From: Eledone cirrhosa
Taxonomy: Eukaryota
Length of the DNA stretch: 64,000 nucleotides
Assembly: GCA_964016885.1 (NCBI GenBank)
Contig: OZ024740.1
Span: 165,044,001 to 165,108,000 of the forward strand
Reading direction: 5' to 3'
Positions 53,369 to 64,000 of the stretch are shown one piece after another (within the stretch, counting starts at the first letter, position 1; every line of letters starts with the position of its first letter). Both the position numbers and the translations under genes were made by a program. The notes below the pieces were generated by a model. The model made no database searches, had not been told where the DNA came from, and saw only the letters and a program-made list of their open reading frames with translations.

Positions 53369-53855
53369 TAACAGATTAAAGTTTAAGCAAAGAATCGCTG
53401 CTTTCACCCTTAACGGGATCTTCTGAAACTAAAAAAGTCAATCTGTGAAGGCAGAAGTAAATATTTCAAAACACTTTGCAACCGGAAGAAGACAGGAAGA
53501 CGATACTTTGGTTCGTGGAAACATTCCCTGGCAAAGAACGGGAAAAAACGAAGATAATACGTCATTACATGGACCGAGAAAAAACATTTACACGCAAAGA
53601 CAAAACCACGTAAATGGTATAGCTGAAGTCGTAGAGACTAATATTCTATTAGGTGGTTCATCGAGACGTTCTCTGGCAATGAACGGAAAAAATGAAGGAA
53701 ATATGTCCTTATGTGGAGCGGGAAGAACAATTGCACGCAAAGACAAAACCACGTAAATGGTATAGCTGAAGTCGTAGACTAAAATTCTAACTAGGAAACC
53801 GAATGTTTCTCAGCTTCAGAGTTTAGAATAAAGTAAATAAAAATATTATTATTAT

Positions 53856-53858
<3 letters not shown>
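53363..53858 (-). mobile_element. TA-flanked insert with internal duplication and decayed HHR-like motif
   Basis: cacgcaaagacaaaaccacgtaaatggtatagctgaagtcgtaga repeated at ~53591 and ~53734. Minus strand 53392-53430 reads CAGAAGA-t ccc gttaa ggg t-GAAA. Confidence 0.45.
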
Positions 53859-53915
<57 letters not shown>

Positions 53916-53922
53916 ATATAGT

Positions 53923-54600
53923 TATGAGAATAAACGTGCTGCGTGGTTGCTAATGGGTTACATATGAATAAAGTTAGTCCTTCATCATTGATCTTCCAAC
54001 CATCATTGGTATTTCATCGCTTTAAAGACCATATACCTCCGGTTGGTGCGAGAAACGGCTAAAAAAAGTCGTCGGGACACGTAAATAAAGGGGTCCACGA
54101 TTTCACAGAACTTACGTTCACCGAATTCACCGACTAGATCCCTTCTTCCTCCCGCTAGACCTGTACGGAATTCCTTTCTTGCTCACATTTCGACCAGGTT
54201 TGATGGTCTTTATTCTCTCTCGTTCACTATTTCACCGAACTTATATTCATGGAAATTTGGGACTTGACTCCTTCTTCCTCACTTTTCATTGCTTCACCAT
54301 CTTTGTTTGTTTACACTCTCGTGTCCCCTTTATTTACGTGTCCCAACGACTTTTTTAACCGTTGCTCGCACCAACCGGATGTATATGGTCTTTAAAGCGA
54401 TGAAATACCAATGATGGTTGGAAGATCACTGATGAAGGACTAACTTTATTCATATATATAGTTATATGTATTGTATATATAAATATATATATATATATAT
54501 TTATATATATATGATGGTTGGAAAATCACTGACGAAGGACTATTTTTATCATATGTAACCCATATGCAACCACGCAGTATTCTTCTTTCTTCTCATGTTT
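53923..54600. mobile_element. Family D element, tail-out inverted pair plus extra 3' fragment
   Basis: Minus arm 53923-54093, plus arm 54093-54454, repeated 3' piece 54510-54600; TA flanks. Confidence 0.85.
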
Positions 54601-54620
54601 TCATATATATATATATATAT

Positions 54621-54808
54621 AACGAAGGAAATGTGGTAAGGAACCAGGTGGACCATAACGCACCAAAGTACTCAATACTTAGGGTAGTAGAGTGGGTAAT
54701 AGGAACCAGTAAGACCCCGACGGCTGAGCTCAAGCCGTTTCGACGGCTAATTCTGAATTAGCCGTCGAAACGGCTTGAGCTCAGCCGTCGGGGTCTTACT
54801 GGTTCCTA
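54621..54808. mobile_element. Family E palindromic insert
   Basis: Perfect hairpin centred on 54754; (TA)n flanks. Confidence 0.8.
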
Positions 54809-54856
54809 TATATATATATATATATATATATTCAGCAGTTGCAAGCGGTGGGAGGG

Positions 54857-54900
54857 ACCGTCCTAATGAAGGCTAGTCAAGCCTGAAATGCATACATGGT
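54857..54900 (+). ncRNA. Decayed minimal hammerhead ribozyme
   Basis: accgtc-CTAATGA-aggct agtca agcct-GAAA-tgca-TA-catggt (G5>A). Confidence 0.55.
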
Positions 54901-55065
54901 TGTCCCCCCTGCTTCTGCTGGACACCACCAGAGGGCGTTAGCCCCCGGTGTTTGCATAGCTACGGCTTCCCAAATGTTTCCTGTAAACATAGTGTGTTCC
55001 TTTAGAATCACGAAATTTCTATACTTTCTATCTATATACATTTATATATATATATATATATATAT

Positions 55066-55254
55066 AACGAAGTAAATGTGGTAAGGAACCAGATGGACCA
55101 TAACGCACCAAAGTACTCAAAACTTAGGGTAGTAGAGTGGGCAATATGAACGAGTAGGACCCCGACGGCTGTGCTCAAGCCGTTTCGACGGCTAATTCTG
55201 GACTGAATTAGCCGTCGAGACGGCTTGAGTTCAGCCGTCGGGGTCCTACTCGTT

Positions 55255-55259
<5 letters not shown>
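55066..55259. mobile_element. Family E palindromic insert
   Basis: Hairpin with loop tggact at 55199-55204; (TA)n flanks. Confidence 0.8.
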
Positions 55260-55304
<45 letters not shown>

Positions 55305-55412
55305 CATACATACATATACATGTATATATTATGTATATATGTATGTATGTGCGTGAGGGAGAGAGAGATCATGCGTGTGTGAGGGAGAGATAGAGAGTAT
55401 GTGTGTGTGTAA

Positions 55413-55720
55413 TCTATATATATAAAACTGAGGATGTCTGACTGTATGTGTGTGAGTTCGAATCCCTAAACCTCGAGAACCACCCAACCGACTGTTTTCA
55501 AACTTTACACATGTAATACTTATGTTTCAGGAAGTTTTCTGGGCCCAAAATTTCAAATTTTCTATGTATGCCCCAGGGACCACATTAGGCGAATTAGCGA
55601 TCTTGCTCTATAATTCTTAGTATTTCTCTTTTTAGATAGATATATACTTATAACGTCGCGCCCTTATAATATCTGTCTGTATGTCTGATGTCTGCATTAC
55701 GTCACTTCCTTGAGGATGTC

Positions 55721-55816
<96 letters not shown>

Positions 55817-56366
55817 TTTGAATCCCTAAAACTCGAGAAGTACAGAACCGACTTTTTCAAACTTTACATGTGCATTACTTATGTTTCAGGGAGTGTTATG
55901 CACATAAAAAAATTCAACATTTTTTTTATCTCCTAGGGCCCGCATTTTTAGGGGTTTTTTGAGGCGTTACTTCAGACCAATTTCCTTGAAATTGTAACTA
56001 TGTATTAGTCAGTCTCTTCATACCGTAAGCAAAGAAAACCAACTTTCTTATGGCCTAGGGCCCGCATTAGATGAAAAACTTCTTTTTTTCAGCTTCTTAG
56101 GGTTTCTTGGAGGCGTTACGTCTAGCCGACTTTACCGAAATTTCAAGGCACATAAAAAAAATTCATTTTCTCTATCCCCTAGGGCCCGCATTAGGTGAAA
56201 ACCTGCATTTTTCCTGCTTCATCGAGGAAAATCTTAAAGATTAGCCAGCCATCAGCGTATTCGTTTTATTTTCTTTACATATTGTCCAGGGATGCAGTTT
56301 TTAGCTCTATTGGCAGCGTGCGTTCCAAAATACCTTATCCCGTGCAACGCCGGGTACCACTGCTAG
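55413..56366 (+). mobile_element. Non-autonomous Helitron
   Basis: A|TCTATATATATAAAACTGAG ... cccgtgcaacgccggg...CTAG|T; same family as 18873-19806. Confidence 0.88.
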
Positions 56367-56657
56367 TAAGCACTAAAACAGTACAATTACACATTACGAT
56401 GGAACATATATTAGTTTTCGGCTTGATATAGTAGAAAATAGGATGAGAGATGTTACGACAGAGGAGAGTGAGCAGTGGCACAAACAGAAAAAAATAATTC
56501 TTGGAGGAAAAGCAGGTCTATTCAGGTCGCCGTATACAACCACAAATATATCCATATATCTATGTGTGTGTGTGTGTACACGCGCGCCCTACAGGTACAC
56601 ATCACATAAGGACATGTCGGTATAAACAGAACAAAGAGGAGACAAATGTAATAAAAT

Positions 56658-56704
56658 TTGTCACTGAAGAGGACACAAAATATGTATCGAAAGAACTTTG
56701 ACAA
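56658..56704 (+). ncRNA. Type I hammerhead ribozyme (family B-related)
   Basis: ttgtca-CTGAAGA-ggacaca aaata tgtatc-GAAA-gaac-TT-tgacaa. Confidence 0.7.
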
Positions 56705-57051
56705 TTAACAGCTAATTAACCAACCCATTATTAAATTAACCAACGGAAAAAATTAGTTACTTTACCAATACTAATAGTAATTGGCGCCTGGGTTTTCATT
56801 GGCAGAATGTTCCTTCTAATAAATTAAAATATGTTTCAACACGCGTTTCCACATAGAAAATCTCGCAAAACAAAAACAAAAACGAAATATATATATAAGT
56901 AATCACGGACGAAGTCAGGATTGCGCCATGAATAAACTTAATTAGCAAATGACAATTGTTTCGATATCAATCCGCTCAGGGCACGATCACAATGGTTGTG
57001 GCCCGATTTTGCATATCATCAGGTATGCGGGATCGTAGGCACAGAATACAT

Positions 57052-57619
57052 TCAAAGTTGGTCAAAATAATGGAAACACCTAGCATCATAGCATCATAAT
57101 TTTGAAATATCTATAAAACCGTCAAAAGCTTGTTTATTTTTATGTTGTTTTTATTTATTATTAGTGTTGCTTAATATGTTTTGTTAAAATTGCTGTTTCT
57201 TTTCAGATATCATCAGAAAAAGGTAATTAAAATTCATTAAAATGACAGATCTATCGGACTTTCAAAGAGGTCAAATTGTTGGTGCATGTATGGCAGGCGC
57301 CAGCGTAACGAAAACAGCCGAAATGTTTGGTGTATCAAGAAGTACTGTCTCGAAAGTAGTGACAACCTTTGAGAACGAGGGAAAAACCTCCTCGTCTAAA
57401 CAAAACTCCGGAAGAAAACCAAAACTTTCAGATAGGGACCGTCGGACTCTTACGCGAATTGTTAGGAAGGATCACAAAAGAACAGCTACCAAAATTACTG
57501 CAGAGCTTAATGACCACCACGAGAACAATAAAAATAAACAAGCCTTTGACGGTTTTATAGATACTTCAAAATTATGATGCTATGATGCTAGGTGTTTCCA
57601 TTATTTTGTCCAACCCCTG
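57052..57619 (+). mobile_element. Internally deleted Tc1 element with ~90 bp TIRs
   Basis: gttgg.caaaataatggaaacacctagcatcatagcatc... mirrored at 57530-57619, ending cccctg|TA. Confidence 0.88.
57242..57577 (+). pseudogene. Tc1 transposase N-terminal DNA-binding domain, truncated
   Basis: DLSDFQRGQIVG...GVSRSTVSKV...SGRKPKLSDRDRRTL; the ORF runs into the right TIR and has no DDE domain. Confidence 0.9.
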
Positions 57620-58530
57620 TATATATATATATATATATATGCGCGCGCACGCGTGTGTGTGAGTGTGTGTTATGTGCGTGTTGTGTGTGTGACTGTGTGT
57701 ATGTGTGTGAATGTGTGTGTGTGACTGTGTGCGTCTGTGCACCCTCCAGAGTCATGAAAACGCTCTGACAATACGCTTATGTTTTTAGACAAGGAAAATA
57801 ACGTCTATGATAACAGCATGCGTAGACAATTTATACTTAAAATAGCAAGGATATATAGGAAGGAAGACGAGTAAAAGGTATAATGAAATAAATGAGGAAG
57901 CTAAGTATTTAACTAAGATTATTATATTGATAAGTTGAATGTCTAGTCAAGCGGAAGGCGTTAATCACCTTCGATTGTCTCAAGACAGGATTTGCTAATA
58001 GCACTAGTAGTAAACTTATAAACCCTGGTTTGAAGTGATCGACGTAGTTTACAAGATGATATTGAATATAATTGATATTATTATTAGAAGAAAAAGCATA
58101 ATGAACTAGCTTACTCGTTTGAATGTTGCATTAAATTCTGCATTTCTTTCGACTCTTTATGATCTAAGTTCAAATTCTGTCACAGTCAACTTCAGTTTTC
58201 GTCACTTAGGTCTCGATAATTAAAATATCAGTCCAGAGAAAGCGGACTGGGGGGAATTATTAAAGGATCAGATGCGATACTCTGTGCGTTCTGTATTCAA
58301 ATATTGCACCCTTTTGCCAATCATTGTGACCGGCAGATAGTATTACTAATGGAAACAGTTTCTTAAATCTGATCAAACTTTTGGCTTCTTTAGCAAGCAA
58401 ATTTAAGAACGTTGATTATAATACCACTTCCAAATTCACCCAGTTTGATATCGTTGATTTACACCTCGATACCTAGATCCCTAAAAATAAGGCAATTGAA
58501 TTGGATTGATAATATGTAGATATAGATAGA

Positions 58531-58642
58531 AGAGCTCTGCCGTCGGGGTCTTAAACATTTTCCTATTACCCACTCTACTACCCAATGTATTGAGTACTCT
58601 GGTGCGTTATGGTCCACCTGGATTCTTACCACAATTCCCTCG

Positions 58643-58645
<3 letters not shown>
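58531..58645 (+). mobile_element. Family E single arm
   Basis: gccgtcggggtc...ttcctattacccactctac...cttaccacaattccctcgtta, then (TA)n. Confidence 0.75.
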
Positions 58646-58735
<90 letters not shown>

Positions 58736-58746
58736 TATATAAATAT

Positions 58747-58851
<105 letters not shown>

Positions 58852-58937
58852 GGAAAAATTTGAACAGGGACAAAACAGAGAGGCAGTACAACGAATGTTT
58901 ATTAATTTCACGCTCTGGAGAGTGGGGTGTTGGTGGG

Positions 58938-58967
58938 GGACGACGTTTCGGGCATAAGCCCTTCCTC

Positions 58968-58968
<1 letters not shown>
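58938..58968 (-). ncRNA. Minimal hammerhead truncated at C3
   Basis: TGAGGA-a gggc ttat gccc-GAAA-cg-TC-gtcc inside the TA-flanked insert 58849-58968. Confidence 0.6.
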
Positions 58969-59028
<60 letters not shown>

Positions 59029-59067
59029 TATATATATATATATGCGACACCATACTAATACATATCA

Positions 59068-59109
59068 CTATCATTTGATAATGCATAACAATGCTGAAAC
59101 CGGTAATAG
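59068..59109 (+). ncRNA. Decayed hammerhead remnant
   Basis: ctat...TTGATAA-t gcat aaca atgc t-GAAA-ccgg-TA-atag. Confidence 0.4.
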
Positions 59110-59359
59110 ATAATTATTAAATATATAAATAGATAAATAAATCCCATTGTTAAATAATAAATAAATCAACTAATAACTTAAGACTTCACACAAAGTAAAA
59201 CATTTCGTTTTAATCATTTTCTAACCCAGAAAAATGAGAGAGAGAAATAAAAAAGGAAAAAAATATATTTTTCTTCCTAATAATCGTCTCTTTCTCCTTG
59301 TTTTCATATATATGTATATATATATCACAAACTCGTAGAATTCAACATTGGTTTAACCC

Positions 59360-59850
59360 AAGATGATGATTTAAAGCTATCATGCTATAAAGATGATAAT
59401 TCACACGCCATGTTTAGGAAAACCCTAATATATTCCTTCAGAGAATTTGTTACTGTTTACTATGATAACTGACGTTACTGTTGTGGATTTATAAGACATT
59501 GGGCGGATATGAGAATCTAATGCATATAAAGCTGTTTATAAACCTTACACAAATTTAAGATACAAAAATAAACATGCCTATCACCAAGAGGATCTCCTCT
59601 AAATAGAATTGAGAAAGTGGAGCCTTATTATATTAATACCTTAACTGATTGCAGTTTAAAGCAAATATTTTCAATACACCCGTCACACAACTTTCAGCTA
59701 CAGGAAGATTATATGGTTCGCCACTTCCCTTGCCCTAAATATGAGAATAACGTAGGTAAGGAATTCCTGGCTCTGATAGATAAGCACTTTCCCATTAATC
59801 ATAGGTATTGAAACTTTTTTTAATAGAGGATCTGTGAAGGTTGGCTAAAC
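59360..59850 (+). pseudogene. Penelope-like element RT / linker fossil
   Basis: Manual translation across frameshifts: CYKDD (YRDD-like), VVDF, YKPY, RKIIWF, NNVGKEFLALIDKHFPINHRY..FNRGSVKVG, resembling the PLE RT-to-GIY-YIG linker. Confidence 0.75.
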
Positions 59851-61218
59851 CTGATAAAAAAATAAGTGTGGAGACATACATCAAAGGCCAGTTGATCAAA
59901 CATAGTGTTTCACGCTGTCGCCGTACAAGGTCTGTCTAATTAATAGTCACTAACACACATTTACACATAATACATTCTTGGAATCTTCTTATCACCAACG
60001 TGCTTTTTCGATGACATCACACAATTTTATAAATACTAATTTTATGATATCACATAGTTACACACACAAAGTTTTTCCTCTAAATTCCTCGTACACCGAC
60101 CGACACATTCATTTTCAATCATGTAGATTACTTGATTGGCTCAATATGAAAAGTCTATCGCAAAGAAATATAAGTTTTTTTTTTATAAACACCAAAAGGC
60201 TGTATAATTGAAATTTGGTTTCTTGAATATTATGCGAGAGGGAAAATTTCAATCAACCAAGATTATTCATGCAATTTCAAACCGACATTTCCTTCAGATA
60301 TTTGCAGGTTATAAAAACTAATATGTGTGATATCTCCCATACCTTTGTCTGATCGAGCCTTTTGCAACAATTTAAAGTAATGCAGGAAGAGAGGATATTG
60401 TTTGTAAGCCAACATGGTGAATCCAATGAACTCCCATTCGATCTCCTCAGCAAAGAACATTGTCGTTGAAAGTTTTCATGACTTAGATGTTCAGATAAAG
60501 ATATAGAAGGGAAAAAGGAATAATGCACCAATTATATATATTAATAAAGTGTATGGTGGACATGCCTGAGGTAATGACACTGAAGAGTATGTATACATAC
60601 AAAAGGAGTCTCACTGTGTGGATATGGCGAGTGGGGAAAGAACACGAACCAACCGCAATTATCCAAGCGGTGGATTTGTTTCGAGTAATATGAAATGATA
60701 TGCTATGATGTTATAGGATATTCCGTCTAGGATGTACACCGAACGATAAAACCATTCTACATCCAATCAATCTCGTTTGGAGTATTGCCGTCTTGTTGGA
60801 ATTACCTTGTTGCGAGTAGGACGAAACTCACGTGAGTCCTTAATTTTTCTTTAGCTGAAAGGGCAAGCTGTTTTCCTCTATAGGTAACATCTTGCAACAG
60901 AAGCTACATAAATGACTGAGAATAGACTCTTTCCTTTTCGGCCCAGTCTTCATCAAAAGCATCAAGCACCACGCAAACAGTAAGTTGTCGGGGGAGAGGG
61001 AGGTGCTGCATTCAGTAAATTTTCTGAAATGTGAGGGAAAGTATCAAATGTGTCATAACTTTAATAATTAAGGTAATCCCGGGTCTGTCGGTCGCTTTAT
61101 TTGAATAATGTGTCTGTCCATTGATTGGAACATCTTATTTTGTTACTTATATTATACTTAATTTTCAAGTAGGTTTTATGTTTTATGTTATAATGTTCCC
61201 TTATTAGGACCTATATGA

Positions 61219-61510
61219 CCTAAATTCAAATCCCATCATGGTCAACGTGCCGTTTCACTTTTTCGTGGACGATAAAAGAAAGTGGCAATTAAGTACTGGG
61301 TTCGGCTAAATCGACTTTTCCCTTCCCACGCAAAAAAACAAACAAACTTTAAATTAAAAACCATTATTTACTGAGTTCAAATTCGACCGATGTCAACTTT
61401 GAATTTCAGCCATTCCGGGTAGATAAAATATAGTACCAGTCAAATACTGAGTTCGATTTAATTGGCATCCCATTCGGCCAAAGGTTTTGACCATGTACTT
61501 AAATTAGACA
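61219..61510 (+). mobile_element. Two degenerate SINE copies
   Basis: ttcaaatccc...gacgataaaa and gagttcaaattcg...gataaaatatagtaccag. Confidence 0.55.
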
Positions 61511-61688
61511 TCATCATTATTGTAGTTTCTTCTAGTGTAACCCCTTTGTTGAGATTGTATGGCTAATAAAGAAATCATTAATATTATGAGCTGCACTATT
61601 TTGACTGAAGATGAATATGCACAAAACGTGTAGAAGCTGGAAGTGACAGATGATGTAAGAGATACGTAAACAAATACCAGATGAATAA

Positions 61689-61753
61689 AGAAGAAGAAGA
61701 AGAAGAAGAAGAAGAAGAAGAAGAAGAAGAAGAAGAAGAAGAAGAAGAAGAAG
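61689..61753. repeat. (GAA)n microsatellite
   Basis: Direct reading. Confidence 0.95.
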
Positions 61754-62237
61754 GGTGTAATAAACTGAAAAAGGGCAGGGGAGGAGGTGGGAAATGGAAA
61801 GGAGAAGAGGAAGAAGGAGTCAAAATAGAAGAAGCGGGACAAGTAATATAGGAGCAGAGGTGAGAGTATGAGGAGAAATCCATTCAGCAGAATGATTGTT
61901 ATACGTCTTGCAGCTATTACATAAGATATTCTGGTGCAATGACACACCTAGATAGAATGCACAAATTGCGTCACCCCCTATCGCTACAGTTTCTCTTCTC
62001 GACGCCATTACTTCCATCCTACTCTATCATTATTTAAAACATACACATGCACACCGACATACACACACACTTAGATACATACACATATATGCATGCACAT
62101 ATACACAAACACACACAGATACATACAAATATATGTGTGAGTGTGTGTATTAATATATATATTCACACACATGCATGGATACATATATACATAAATACAT
62201 GCATGCATACATAAATACATAAATACATACATACAAG

Positions 62238-63120
<883 letters not shown>

Positions 63121-64000
63121 GTGTGTTAGTGTGTGTGTGTGTATGCATGAGTTGCTCTTTCCGTACTAGTGTATATGTGTGTATTTCCTAGAATATAAAT
63201 ATGGGGAGCACTCCAACATTTCCTAACCGTTTTGTTTCCAATTCCATATTGCAGTGACAACATGATTCTTCCCTAAAATTTGTTTTTCTATCCTACCGTT
63301 TTCACCACCATCAGTTTACTAGCCTGAATATAAATGCAATGGGAAACTAGTTTGTACATCTAGAGAGATTAATCTCATAAGAATAGGGTTTATGTTCTGC
63401 GTGTTTTCGAAGAGTAGAATAGATTCCTAAAAAATAGAAAGTATTACAATATTAGACGAGGATAACTGCTAAGTCTATAGAGTACTTTTTGAGAATAATA
63501 GAGGTGATATAGTTAAAATTGGATCAGTTAAAGAGTCAAAATGATGAAGGTTGTTGGATTTGTTCTTTAAGCCCAGGTTAGGACATATAATCGGTGCTAT
63601 TCCAGCTGTAACCATGACGGCTTTATGTAGTAATACTTTGTCGAATGTGTCATTTCTTTGCTTAAGAGCAATTAACACTAATGGTGGCTGTGTAAATGCA
63701 GGCTTTAGCACACAGTGATTGTTTTCCGCCTATTGGCATCATACAGAAATAAGCCGAGATAAGAAATCTGGTGACAATAAAAGTAATACGTTCAGAGATG
63801 GGGTAGCTTCATTATCTGCAGTCTGCACTGAAGAACTCCAATATGGGCATTTGAACACTCAACTGGCTGCGGTTCGCACACACATCCCTGCTGACCATTA
63901 TCACAACAACGGACCTCTTTACTACTACTACACACACACACACATATTTGTTTTGAAAGACTTATTTTTCAGTGACTTCTCAATCAGCCGACACAAACCT

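Noticed and set aside
60263-60600. Mariner-like peptides (EEIEWE...YPLF on minus, VWW on plus)
   Set aside because: Motifs lie on conflicting strands, are heavily decayed and have no TIRs.
61504-61947. 147 aa poly-Phe ORF
   Set aside because: Reverse translation of the (GAA)n tract.

Overview
AT-rich, microsatellite-dense animal intergenic or intronic DNA. The SINE families and repeat landscape suggest a coleoid cephalopod, probably an octopod (inference from recalled repeat sequences, not a search). No intact host gene is visible, and almost all ORF-track entries are (TA)n/(CA)n artefacts. Conventional content: a near full-length decayed hAT/Charlie transposon (39109-42124), a DD37D maT element (49995-51250), Tc1, mariner and rosa-like fragments, Helitron derivatives, many tRNA-derived SINEs and an RTE-like non-autonomous element. 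The main signal is a dense set of short non-coding elements from several unrelated families. They sit in (TA)n tracts, occur as circularly permuted partial tandems or as inverted pairs with the 3' ends pointing outward, and carry hammerhead ribozyme (HHR) motifs near those ends (about 8 with intact core motifs plus several decayed ones). This fits Penelope-mobilised, retrozyme-like RNAs, and a decayed Penelope-like RT ORF lies at about 59360-59850. One family appears to carry a hammerhead whose three strands are in non-circularly permuted order. All structures were paired by eye, ribozyme activity is untested, and repeat boundaries are approximate.
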